Shown: positions 13,510 to 26,853 of the stretch, in pieces
How the letters are laid out: each line of letters starts with the position of its first letter
How positions within the stretch are numbered: the first letter of the stretch is position 1
Assembly: GCA_951406725.2 (NCBI GenBank)
Contig: OX597835.1
Span: 44,516,001-44,580,000 of the forward strand
From: Octopus vulgaris
Lineage: Eukaryota
DNA length: 64,000 nt
Reading direction: 5' to 3'
Program-made: the position numbers and the translations under genes
Notes under the pieces: model-generated
Seen by the model: the letters and a program-made list of their open reading frames with translations, nothing else
Databases searched by the model: none
Told to the model about the DNA's origin: nothing

Positions 13510-13960
13510 AATGTATGAAAGAATGGAGTTGAACGACGAATTAACAAAATTCCTTTATTTTCGACATATGTTTCGAAGGCTGCATATTCCTAATTGCGAA
13601 GGAATAAGGTGATAACTTTTTTCCCTATGGGCTCCGTGTGAGCAGTCATCTAAAAGTTTTTTGTGCATCTTGATGTTGACATAAGTTCCTTGCTTTTCCT
13701 GATGAGAAAGCGGCATAATATACTCCTTATTCCTTCGCAATTAGGAATATGCAGCCTTCGAAACATATGTCGAAAATAAAGGAATTTTGTTAATTCGTCG
13801 TTCAACTCCATTCTTTCATACATTTATATTTTAAAAAAACATACAAATTTCCACACGAAAGCACGTAACTTCAAACGTGTCTTCTCTGATGTGAATTTGC
13901 TACCCAGGTATCGGTTAACCGAATTATCCATAACAAGATAATTCATTCAACTACTCAAAT
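13505..13960. mobile_element. Hammerhead-bearing inverted mini-element family Y, copy 2
   Basis: Perfect 105-bp inverted repeat 13505-13609 / 13725-13829; tail is rc-homologous to 10490-10580. Confidence 0.85.
13694..13776 (+). ncRNA. Type I hammerhead ribozyme, canonical core
   Basis: TTTTC-CTGATGA-GAAAGCGGCAT...ATGCAGCCTTC-GAAAC-ATAT-GTC-GAAAA. Confidence 0.9.
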
Positions 13961-14015
13961 ATATATATATATATCGGTCCATCCCTCATCCCTGCCTCTC
14001 GTTCAATATACATAT

Positions 14016-14175
14016 AGGCGTAGGCGTGGCTTTGTGCCAAGAGCTCGCTCCCCAGCCACATGGTTACAGAACCGGCCTCACTGCGTGACACCTTCGGCAA
14101 GTGTCTTCTACTGTAGAATCGAGCCAACTAAGGCCTTGTGAGTGGATTTGCTAGACGGAAATAGAAATAAGTCCC
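14016..14175 (+). mobile_element. tRNA-derived CORE-type SINE, diverged
   Basis: GGCGTAGGCGTGGCT head and CACCTTCGGCAAGTGTCTT CORE-like motif; homologous to 49630-49797. Confidence 0.65.
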
Positions 14176-14387
14176 CTCCTCCCTCCACAGACATATATCA
14201 GAATATTCCTAACGAATGGAACGTCTGTATAATTTTCAGACATTGTGTGTTCTTGTTTAATTCGTTTTTGCCATCACAGTGTACGCATGAGTGCACGTGC
14301 GTGCACATCCTATATTTCTGTATATGAGAATGTTTATATGCTTATCTTTATGCTTGCGTGCGACTTAGAAATACACACACACACACA

Positions 14388-14447
<60 letters not shown>

Positions 14448-14919
14448 TGCATGTATTTCTCTCTCTCTCTCTCTATGCATATGCTTCGTGTACATGATGA
14501 GAGTGTATATTCATTTGTAAAAAAACCTTATTTTCTCCGAGTTGCATTATATATGTACACACACGTATCTCAATTAGTCTGTCGGATCCAATTAATAATG
14601 TTCGTCAGCCATGAATAATGACAGAATTAATTGCTTCTCATCACATCGTATTCATTCAAAGTCACTAACGGGAAGTAGGTGTTCATTTTACCTTTGTTTT
14701 CGTTTTCATAATTACATTTTACATATTTGCATTTCCTTAATATATTCACAATAGGAAATACATTCTACACCCGTATACATTTCTAAAACCTCTTCGTAGG
14801 TTAAGCTGACGGGTGGACGGGTAGATTTAGTCTGGAAGCTTGGGTTGAATAGCTTGAAGCAGATATGTAAGAACTAACTTGTTGCGTTCAACAGGCTGAA
14901 GTACTGACTGTGTATGTAA

Positions 14920-15310
14920 AGTACCAGGATGAACTGAACAGTTCCCAGGCTGCCTATAAAGGGGTGGTGCTAGAGCTGTGAAAACTTGCATGCATTAATT
15001 TCTTTCCGGGTAAACTGACATCTGATTGTTATAACTGATGGCGACTTCTTTTGAAAATCGACAAAATTTTGGCAACTTGCCCATAAAAGGTTTTCCGCAG
15101 AAGGCCATTCATGCTGACATACTTGCTACTTTAGGGGATGACGATCCAGGTTTATCGACAGTGCAAGAGTGGGCAGCTGAGTTTAAGAGGGGAAAGGAGG
15201 GTCTTGAAGATCACCCAATGCCTGGACGTCCTGCAACTGCATCCCACGAGAATAACATTGACCGTGTCCATCCCCTGGTGGTGGATGACTGGTGATTGTT
15301 TATAAATCAA
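14920..15310 (+). pseudogene. Mariner transposase N-terminal fragment, cut by the gap
   Basis: IHADILATLGDD..STVQEWAAEFKRGKEGLEDHPMPGRPAT, a mariner HTH with GRP motif. Confidence 0.85.
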
Positions 15311-15410
15311 NNNNNNNNNNNNNNNNNNNNNNNNNNNNNNNNNNNNNNNNNNNNNNNNNNNNNNNNNNNNNNNNNNNNNNNNNNNNNNNNNNNNNNNNNN
15401 NNNNNNNNNN
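15311..15410. other. Assembly gap
   Basis: 100 N. Confidence 1.
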
Positions 15411-15429
15411 AGTGCTTATTGTACAAATA

Positions 15430-15600
15430 CTGGTTTTCAATATTGGTACAAGGCCGGTCGGCAATTTCATGAGAAGCGGCGAGTTGAGTACATCGACCTC
15501 AGCCTTCAATTGGTAATAATTTTATCGACCACGAAGGGATGAAAAGCTAAGTTCTGCCCCGGCGGAATTTGAAGTCGGAACATAAAGGTGGACGAGAAAA
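15430..15600 (-). mobile_element. SINE family A, diverged
   Basis: GGATGAAAGC..CCCCGGCGGAATTTGAA matches family A reverse complement. Confidence 0.6.
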
Positions 15601-16534
15601 TCAGAACAAAGACGGACGAAATTTGGTGCAACACCACTTTGTCTTGCCTAGCATTTGAGCAATGGAGGTCGAAAATGTTCACCAGTACCACCAGCACCAC
15701 CACCACCCTCGCCATCACCATCACAACCAGCGTCACCAATGTCACCAGCACACTCTCTGCTGGTATCCATATTTCTTTTTTAGTTCTCGCGATTATTTCT
15801 TGATTTAAAAAAAAAAGTTATTTACATTTTTTTTCTTTCGATTACCTCTATCAATCATCATGGACATAGGCAACAAAAACAGCGGCACTATCTATGATGG
15901 CACTGTCACCACCTGAACCAGCATCAACAATAACCTCACTGTCATCATCATCATCATCACAAACATCGAAAATGTTCAGAGACTTTCTCGATGTGTGACA
16001 GTCTCAATGTCAATGAAAGTGAATATACTAAACCAGGACGTGTGTTTGATATTATTATATTGTTCCTCTATTTTTCTTTTTACTTTTCGTTGGGTGAAGA
16101 GGGTGACAAGACATTCGGGCCGCCCTGTACTGTGACCGATGGCACTGAATAAAACCCCCTCACAAAACTGTTGTCCCTTTGACTAAATCAGAAACTGTCA
16201 ATATGTTTCTTACTGTCTTTGCAAACTCATTTATTCTGAAATATGCTTAACGAATACATTTTCGTGCGGGAGACATTTCATACTTATTTATCGTGAATAT
16301 AAAGAATTTGCGTTGGCTGCGTGATTCCGGTGAGGTGCCATAACCATTGGAACTTTGAAAGCAAAAATGGAAAACAAAATAAGATAAATGGCCTACGTTA
16401 CGGGGTTATTGGAATTTACGCTATTAATTCAAAGCTACGTCTGTATGTGTGTGTGTGTGCATATGTGTGTGTGTGTGTGTGTGTGTAAGTATGTGAATCT
16501 GAGCGTGTATCTATGTCTGAGTATGTGTTTGTCA

Positions 16535-16720
16535 TTCATCACCACTTGGCAACCGGTGTCGATTTGTCTACATCCCCGCAACGTTGCGTGTCGGCAAAAG
16601 GAGATCGATAGAATAAGTAGCAGACTTTAAAACCAAATAAGTACCAGGGTTAATTTGTTTGACTAAAACTTCCAAGGTGTTGCCCCAGCATGGTCGCAGC
16701 CCAATGACTGAAAAGAAACG
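16535..16720. mobile_element. Dispersed SINE-associated repeat
   Basis: rc-homologous to 18260-18435 and 56805-56955. Confidence 0.55.
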
Positions 16721-17290
16721 TGAAATAGGCTCACATATATAAAAAAATAAATGAGAGATAGTGGAGAGAAAGAAAGAAAGAAAGAGAGAGAGAGTGATGA
16801 AAAGGGGGACAAGAGGGAAGAAAGAGTGAATCATTAAAACATGTCATCTAAGTCAGCGTCGATTCAGTTAGTCTGGCAATCGGGTTATGGAGGATGTTGA
16901 TGATTAACTCGAAATCGTAGTCCTGGGAGTCACGTGATAATTAAGAGTCCACCAATGACAATGCTCGTATTGTCTTCTTTTATATTCCTTTGTGGTCTTT
17001 TATAAACGCGATCTCTTTTGGACTACATTATCCTACCAGCGCTAGCAGTGGAAGTAGAGTTTTGCCACCATATTTAATAGTAGTTAGTACTGCATAAATA
17101 CGATAATAGATTATTGTATTTATTACTCTCATTAATTGACTATTATTAAAGTTATTGGTGCGTATACATAGTCATCAGAGGAATACTAATTTCCAAAAAG
17201 AAAATATTCTGTCCGTTATATTAAACTATTATTAAATAAAACAAAATAATGATGTACAAATATTCATTCTTAATACTTTTCGGCTGATTC

Positions 17291-18465
17291 AAGGCGGCGA
17301 GCTGGCAGAAACGTCAGGACGTCGGGCGGAATGCTTGGTGGTATTTTGTCAATCTTTATTTTCTGAGTGCAAATTCCACCGAGGTCGACTTTGTCTTTCC
17401 TCCTTTCGAAATCGATAAATTAAATACCAGTTGCGTACTGGAGTCGATCAAATCGACTGGCTTCTTTCCCCAAAATTTCGAGCCTTGTGCCTAGAGTAGT
17501 AAAGATTATTTTAAGGCGGGGAGCTGGCAGAAACGTTAGCGCGCTGGAAGAAATGATTAGCGGTATGTCGTCTGCCGTTACGTTCTGAGTTCAAATTCCG
17601 CCGAGTTCAGCTTTGCTTTTCATCTTTTCGGAGTCGATTAAATAAGTACCAGTTACGCACTGGAATCGATATAATTGACTTCATCCGTTTGTCTGTCCTT
17701 GTTTATCCTCTCTATGTTTAGCCCCTTGTGGGTAATAAAGAAACAGGTATTTCGTCTGTCTTTATGTACTGAGTTCAAATTCCACCGAGGTCGATTTTGC
17801 CTTTCATCCTTTCGGATTCCATAAATTAAATACCAGTTGCGTGCTGGAGTCGACCTAAACTGCTGGCTTCCTTCCCCAAAAAGATTATTTTAAGGCGGCG
17901 TGTTAGCAGAAACGTTAGCGCGCTGGGCGAAATAATTAGCTGTATGCCGTCTGTCTTTATGTTGTGAGATCAAATTCCGCCGAGGTCGACAGTGCCTTTC
18001 ATCCTTTCAGGATCGATAAATTAAGCACCAATTGCGTACTGGAGTTGATCTAATCGACTGACACCCTCCTCACAAAATTTTCGGGCCCTGTGCCTAGAGT
18101 AGAAGAGAATAATTTTCGACAGATTCGAATGCTAATACGCTAATGGCTGTTAATACGTTGAGCTGTCAGAGTCGTTAGAACGTTATGTTCTGAGTTCAAA
18201 TTCCACCGAGGTCGACTTTACGTTTACTTCTTCCGGGCTCAATGAAATAAGGTACCAGTTCAGCGGCCATGCTGGGGCATCATCTTGGAAAGTTTAATCA
18301 AGCAAATTAACGCTGGTGCTTATTTTTATTTTTAAAGTCTGGTATTTATTCTATCGATCTCCTTTCATCGACCCGCTACGTTACAGGAAGTAGACAAATC
18401 AACACTGTTTGCCAAGCGGTGGTGAAGGACAAACATATACACAGACATAGATACACGCGCGCACG

Positions 18466-18516
<51 letters not shown>

Positions 18517-19030
18517 CCGACTATTTCAACGAAATTGCTGGCCTCGTACCAATATTTGAAACCGATATGCTAATCGCTGTTAAAACGGTGAACCTAGCAG
18601 AATCGTTACAAAGCTGGCAGAAACGCTTAGCCCCATTTCGTCAATCTTCGTGTTCTAGGTTCAAGTTCCGTCGAGGTCGACTTTATCTTTCATCATTTCT
18701 GGGCCGATAAAATAAGAACCCGTTCAACGCTGGGAGTGGGAATGGAATCGACTTATCCGCTCCTCGAAAATTGCTGGTCTGTTGACAAAATCTGAGACAA
18801 GTATGTAAACGCTGTTAATAATGGCAAACTGGCAGAATAGTTAGCACGCCGGGGGAAATGCTTAGCAGCGTTACGTTCCGAGTTCGAATTCCGTTGTGTG
18901 GTATATTTCCCCTTTCATCCTTTACGGGTCGATAAAATAAGTACCAGTTTGGCACTGGTGATGGTGAAGAGGTCGATGTAATCGACTGACCTCCTCCCAA
19001 ATTGCTGGTCTTGTGCGACATTTCGAAATC
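17291..19030 (+). mobile_element. Head-to-tail cluster of about 7 SINE family A units
   Basis: Repeated AAGGCGGCGAGCTGGCAGAAACGTTAGC and GAGTTCAAATTCCRCCGAGGTCGAC blocks. Confidence 0.85.
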
Positions 19031-20023
19031 AATATTCTCAACGTTGTTTTATTAGGTTTTTCGGAGGCCAACACTTTACTTTTTCTTTGTATAAATCATC
19101 CCATAATTATTGTCATTAACTCCATACCTCCTCCCCCTGCTCTGCTACCTCCTCCATCACCCCTCCTCCTCCCCCTTCCCTTCTCTCTCTCATTCTTTTT
19201 CACTGAGTGCGTGTTGCATTCTTTCTCTCATTGCGTGGCCGCCAACTCATCTCCTCAGCCATTGTGGTGAAAAAAACATCTTGGTGGTAAGCATCTTCTC
19301 AATCCAAACGCCACAAGAACTACATTATCCAATGCGTCCATTCCATTAGAAGCTAATGTAGATTTTCGTAGATACTTCGCCGTGTTCTCGAAAAGAATCA
19401 TTCTCGAGGGAGCACAAAATATCTTTCTGTCAGATCGTGAGAAACGTGAGAGATACTTGTTTTTGTACCATACAGTATAAGAAATACTTCCTAAACGAAC
19501 TACTTCTTCGTTGTAAAGATACTTCGTTCGTAAACTGATACAGCACAATAGTACTTAATGCGGTTTAGCTCGATTTATTCTTCACATTTACATACATAAG
19601 TGGCTTTTTATTACTTACGCGTAGCGGCAATTTTCCAAGTAAATTAAGAGTTCTTCCTATAATTAGTAAGTAGGTTTAAGTAGGTGACGAATGTTAAGAT
19701 CTGTCGCGTAAACTCCTTCAGGATGCGAATATTTATATATTTGTGTGTTTATGTATATTTCTGTCTCTATCTGACATTAATTTAGCTCCTCCATAGAAAA
19801 CCATCAGCTCGTACGGCGTATTTAAGTGCATACACATACGTGCACAGACATTCACACACACGTAAATACATACATACATACATACATGCATACATACACT
19901 CGTACATACATACCTGTATTGACACACAGACAGAAATTTCACCCATCCAAATATACATGCATATAAGCTTATAAATACATATCTATCCCTCCACATATAT
20001 AAAAATACGCATGTATGCAAATA

Positions 20024-20060
<37 letters not shown>

Positions 20061-20061
<1 letters not shown>

Positions 20062-20280
20062 GTTAATCCAAACAAGAAAACACAAAAAAACACAGCAACA
20101 CGAGGACGTGGAACAAATAAAGTATTATTGGACGCTCAGGAAAGAAGGGAAGAAGGAGGGTTTAACGTTTCGAGCGGAGCTCTTCGTCGGAAACAAAGGA
20201 GAAGGAAAGATCCCGAGAAGGGAAGACAGAGGAAAAAAATTGCTGGCGGTGCTCACGAGGTCACAGCACTCATCCCAGAT
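20061..20280 (-). mobile_element. Family X copy 3, the longest
   Basis: Same 3' end joined to (TA)n as copies 1 and 2. Confidence 0.8.
20160..20194 (-). ncRNA. Minimal type I hammerhead variant
   Basis: rc GTTT-CCGACGA-A-GAGC tcc GCTC-GAAAC-GTT-AAAC; palindrome AACGTT. Confidence 0.7.
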
Positions 20281-20582
20281 ACAAACACACACACACACAC
20301 ACACGCACTCACACATACACACATGTTCTCTCTCTCTCTCACTTTCTCCTCATCCATCACCCTCTTGTACTGTCTTATATTCCTCCCCACCACTACAAAC
20401 TCTATAAAATGGTCAAAACTCCTCACACAGGAAGTTAGTTTTATTTGAAAACCCCACTAGAATGGGAGAAAGCGCTAATGATCTAAGTGATATGATATAT
20501 ATATATATAAAATTTAATATACAAATAAATATCTGTAAATATAAACCATCCCATCTTCTGAGTACCTCATTTCTTCTAATAT

Positions 20583-20658
<76 letters not shown>

Positions 20659-20667
20659 TTATATATA

Positions 20668-21288
20668 TAGAGGAGTTGGACAAAATAATGGAAACATAAT
20701 TTTGAATTATCTATAAAAACGTGAAAAGCTTGTTTTTTTTTAAATTTATTATTAGTGTTGCTTAATATGTTTTGTTAAAATTGCTGTTTCTTTTCAGATA
20801 ACATCAGGAAAAGGTAATTAAAATTCATTAAACTGACAGATCTATCGGACTTTCAAAGAGGTCAAGTTGCTGGTGCTTGTATGGCAGGCGCTAGTGTAAC
20901 GAAAACAGCCGAAATATTTGGTGTATCAAGTACTGTGTCGAAGGTAATGAAAGCCTTCGAGAAAGATGGAAAAAACCTCCTAGTCGAAACAAAACTCCGG
21001 AAGAACACCAAAACTTTCAGATAGGGACCGTCGGACTCTTAAGCGAATTGTTAGAAAGAGTCACAAAGGTACAGCTCCCAAACTTACTTCAGAACTGAAT
21101 GACCACCTCGAGAACCCAGTTTCCACAAAAACTGTTCGCCGAGAGCTGTATAAAGCCGGATTTCACGGGAGGGCTGCAATAAAAAAAAACGCTACTTTCA
21201 AAAACAAACGTTGCAAAGCGTTGAGATTGGAGTAAAATCACACAGAATTGGTCCCTAGAGCAGTGGAAGAACGTTATTTTCTCCAATA
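20668..21288 (+). mobile_element. Tc1-family transposon 5' half, decayed
   Basis: DLSDFQRGQVAGA.MAGASVTKTAEIFGVS..LSDRDRRTLKRIV..WSLEQWKNVIFS. Confidence 0.85.
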
Positions 21289-21306
21289 TATATGTATATA
21301 TAAGTA

Positions 21307-21517
21307 TAAGGGGTGCTGAAAAGTTCCTGGCTTGTGATAAAAGCAAATACACGTGGATCAGTTAAAAGGTATATTAATCAATATCCTCCCCTCACATATT
21401 CACACACACATTGCAGCAGTCCTTCAGTTTTTCTAAGCCCTCTTAAAGGACTTAGAAGGTTGGGTCTCCAACCAGGTTTGACACCCTGAAAGCCAGGATA
21501 TTTTCCGGGCTCCCACG
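21307..21517 (+). mobile_element. Mariner-derived MITE, copy 2
   Basis: AGGGGTGCTGAAAAGTTCCTGGCT TIR; homologous to 312-527. Confidence 0.75.
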
Positions 21518-21577
21518 TATACCTAATTCAGCTGAATCTAAATAACATTTTCACACACACACACAAACACACACACA

Positions 21578-21655
<78 letters not shown>

Positions 21656-21781
21656 TATGTATATACCGATACGTATCTCTCTCTCTCTCTATCTGTCTCT
21701 GTCTCTGTCTCTCTCTCTGTCTCTCTCTGTCTCTCTTTCTCTCTCTCTCTCTATATATATATTTATATACATATATGTATA

Positions 21782-21963
21782 TATTTCTTTACTACCCACA
21801 AGGGGCTAAAGACAGAGGGGACAAACAAGGACAGACAAAGGGATTAAGTCGATTACATCGACCCCAGTGCGTAACTGGTACTTTATTTATCGACCCCGAA
21901 AGGATGAAAGGCAAAGTCGACCTCGGCGGAATTTGAACTCAGAACGTAACGACAGACGAAATA
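21782..21963 (-). mobile_element. SINE family A, 5'-truncated and young
   Basis: Near-identical to 38678-38860. Confidence 0.85.
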
Positions 21964-22886
21964 CATATATGTATATATGCGTGTGTGTGTGTGTGTATGC
22001 CTACATGCATGCATACACACACACACACACACATATCTATGTATATATACATCTGCATGCTTACATATATGCATTAAAAATGCCCGTAGAGCAGCCCCAC
22101 TATGTAAGATACAGGAAAATTTCATTGTGTATTCTTTGTAGTCAGCTGTGACGTTGTCAATGTAATTGGTAAGATGGAATATCTATTCGGGTTCCATCCA
22201 TCTGATGTACCTGCAATACTCCGTGATTCTGTCAGAAAGTTCAATAAAGTGTACACGTGATGATCGCTTCTGATCAATCCCATTAATCGTGATCAAACCT
22301 TTCATTCATTTCTATTAATTACGTTCAGAATAATTTGATCAGGTGTAAAAATCGTGATTAACTCTTTTCGATCAATTGTAATAATCGTGATCAGATCAGC
22401 CTTGTTGAGTGCAATCAATTTTCTTGATACCAAGAGCCTTTCTAAACGAGGTCTTTATTATATATTGAGGCCTTTTCTCCTGAACTATGTAAGCATAACA
22501 ATTGACATGAATGAAATCCCATTACAAGGAATGGAAACCGTGTTGCAAACACTGCCGCCACCTTTGCCCAGGCACTAACCATTCTTTGAGTTCGGCCTCA
22601 TAATATAACGCTACGACGGATTCACGTTGTTGGACGTAATATCTATATTCCTCAGATCTCACTCCCTCTCTTTGTCCGCGATCCATTGGAATTCTTTGCT
22701 GTGCTTTCTCCTTCAATATCATTACGTAAACATTGCTTGCGATCCATAATTCATTCTAGCCATCCGTGTCATGTCTCTACTCAGCCACAAAGAACTACCC
22801 CTATTTTCACTCTCTCTCTCTCCCCCGCTCTCACTCTATCTATATATACTCACGCACATATATATTACATTCTCTCCCACTCATAT

Positions 22887-23027
<141 letters not shown>

Positions 23028-23936
23028 TATATATATATGCATTACCCCCACATACACACACACACACATATATATATATTCATATATCTCACAGTCTCCC
23101 ATTACCTTTTGCTCTCTCTCTCTCTCTCTCTCTCTCTCTAATATATATATTTCCTTCTTTCATTGCATCGCCATGTTTCTTTTAAATATTTCATCCCTGT
23201 GCGCGTATGTTTGAATATACTGATCCCCGTTACGATAAACGCCTTCACATACGTACCTCTCCCTTGCCAACTCCACCACGGCCACACCGACGGCACCAAA
23301 GCATTGAATATCTATATTAATTTTATATCTCTTCAAGGTTTTATAGTTTTCCAAAGATGCTTTTCGTATGAGCAATCACTATTTCTCGCTATTCCTGATT
23401 CCATGCATTTGTAATGCATTTGCTTTCGAGAAAATGTCACATGACATGCAACATCAACAGGCGTATATTTCTCTTTCTTTATGTGCTTCCAAAATGTGAA
23501 CTCTGACATTTTTGTCAATGCTAAATATGACCTCATTTCCTCAAAATTCTTAGTAACAACGCATGAAATGTTCTTTAAGTACCTTCTTAAAAATCCTCAA
23601 GAATCTCATCTTTTACATAAATAGTCATTATATCGGATACATCGGAAGTGTACATACATAAACACATACAGACACATACACGCACAAAGATACATACACA
23701 CAAACACACACTCACACACACAAAACAACACCCACCCATACACATACAGACGCACGAGCACACACACATATTTATGAGTGGCAATACTGGCCGAAACCTA
23801 TCAAAGTTTCAATGAGTGTTTGTGTATATATATACAGTAGCCATTTTGTTAGAAATGGCCTGGGTCAATGCTGGACAAAACTTATCTAAATTGCTAGTTA
23901 TTCAAGAACATACATATATGTATAGTCATGCATATA

Positions 23937-24008
<72 letters not shown>

Positions 24009-24464
24009 GTATCTATGTATATATTGCACACACACACATATATGTTATATATATATATATATATATATACACATACATACATACATACGTACTCATGTTG
24101 GCCCTTAAAGTTTTCTGCGATTTATACCCAGCATTGTGTGTCTGCCAAATGACTTGAACATTGAGTGTATTCATTATTTCGGTTTTACCAATTTATCACT
24201 CTACACATTAGAGGATTTCGGGTGTGTTTGAGTTATGCTTCTGCAAATATATTACATTTGCACCCCCCCCCCCGTTCTCTTACGCCGAGTCATTACTGAT
24301 GTTCGTTGAAACGAATACAACTTTCAAGCATGCATCTTGCATCCTCTCATATGAGATGCATGTAATAACGAGTAATATATTATATAACATCAAAATGTAT
24401 GAGAAGGGTGCACACTTTATATGTGTGTATTGATGTCTATCCATTCATCCAGCGATCCATCCTT

Positions 24465-24906
<442 letters not shown>

Positions 24907-26487
24907 CATACACACACACACACACACATAAGCGCGCGCATATATGTATAGAGTATTTAAAGTGTACAGATGTTGTAGATTACAAAAGAAGAGGCAGTCA
25001 GAATTTCGGATAATATTTTATTAGCGCTTTCGTTCTTATAAACCAGGTTTGGAGAAACCGCAGTTGCACCAGCGATCCCATTTTATTGTGCCTGCAGTCT
25101 GATATACTCGTGTGCACAAAATATAGTTAAGCTTTCCATTATAAAATTTAGAAAATACTCATATGCCTATTTGCGATATAGGTTGTGTTTCCCATACGAC
25201 TCAAAACGGTTAGACTCGAACACAGATCGTCAGGTAATCGCAAATTAAATGGAAATTTTCATTCACTCTAAAACACATATTGCTAAGTTTGTACGGCCCC
25301 TTTGAAACCCAGCTACACTCCTTTTGATAAAACTAATAGTATATTGCACATATCGAAATCATTTTTATTTGAAGCGAAAGCTGAAAGATTGTAAAAGATA
25401 TTGTGCCGATTATGTGGATTTATTGTATTATTGTGAAGTGAGACGGTTAAGTAAGGACCAACTGCTTAAGCGATTTTAAGAACTGAAGGAAGCGGGGAAA
25501 ATGTTTATGGATATTAAAGGTATTCCTGTTGTAGAACTGGAAGAAAAGGTTTCAAATTGATTTAGCCTTTTTAGTAGATTTAATTAGTTATTTAAATAAT
25601 TTGAACTTGAAACTACCAGACTCCAATCAGCAATAACCAGTTTGCTTTCTAATATAAAAAGCTCTGAATCGATGCTTCATTTATTTGCGATGCAACTGAA
25701 AGGAAAGTGTTTCACACATTTTCCTAAATCGAGCGAACAAAATCCCAAATCAACAAAAGAATACCCTGACAAGTGTGAAAGTCTTCTGAAGAAATTTTAA
25801 AGAAGATTTAAAGAAATTCCAACTTCGTGTTTTTGAAACGCAATTTTGATATGTGTCCCGAGGAAGCTCCAGATTCCTTACAATTACAATTAACTGATTT
25901 GCAGTCGGACTTAATAAAATCGAAATACAATAATCTGTCTTCATTGGACTTCTGCAAATCCATTAATCCCGAGAAATTCCCTGCTTTACATAAAAATGCC
26001 TTGAAATTTGCATCTCAATTTTCGACAACTTATCAATGTGAGCAGTTTTTTTTCCAAGTTGAATTATACGAGGAATCGTCTTCATGCCAGACTTACTGAT
26101 GAAAACCTTGAGTAATGAACTAAGAATATCAATTATATTCATGCTATATTCCTAAACTTTACATCATGTCATATTCCTAGACATTCAAGAAATAAAACGC
26201 AGTTTCATCCTACTCATTAAAAAAAAAAAAATTTAAATTTAAGGTTAGTTAACTTTGATAAGATTATCGATAGGATAAATTTATTAAAATATGTCATTTA
26301 CATATAATATAATTTCGGTACTAATGTAATTTTTCGGAATTAAATGTGGTCTCTGCTTGATTGTTATGATTTCTCCAACATTAGGATAGGTGCATTTTGA
26401 AAAACATAGGACACCTCATAAGTAATATAAACATCCTAAATTCAGTGGTGACGTTACTAAAGATGTTGCGCGTTAATTTAATGTGAT

Positions 26488-26819
26488 TAAAAAAAAAAGA
26501 CTCCGCCGGTTACGACGACGAGGGTCCCAGCTGATACGATCAACGGAACAGCTTGCTCGTGAAATTAACGTGCAAATGGCTGAGCATTCCACAGACACGT
26601 GTACCCTTAACGTAGTTCTCGGGGATAATCAGCGTGACACAGAGAGTGACAAGGCTGACCCTTTGAAATACAAGTACAACTCATTTTTGCCAGCTGAGTG
26701 GACTGGAGCAACGTGAAATAAAGTGTCTTGCTCAAGGACACAACGCGTCGCCGGGAATCGAACTCACAACCTTACGATCATGAGCCGAATGCCCTAACCA
26801 CTAAGTCACGCGCTCTCAC
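26488..26819 (-). mobile_element. Young CORE-SINE with 13-bp TSD
   Basis: TSD AATTTAATGTGAT at 26475-26487 and 26820-26832; tRNA-like head and CORE-like motif. Confidence 0.88.
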
Positions 26820-26853
26820 AATTTAATGTGATAATCATATCTTTATTGATGTA

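Noticed and set aside
17291-19030. CRISPR-like or tRNA gene array
   Set aside because: The units are dispersed tRNA-derived SINEs with no fixed repeat-spacer period and no full cloverleaf
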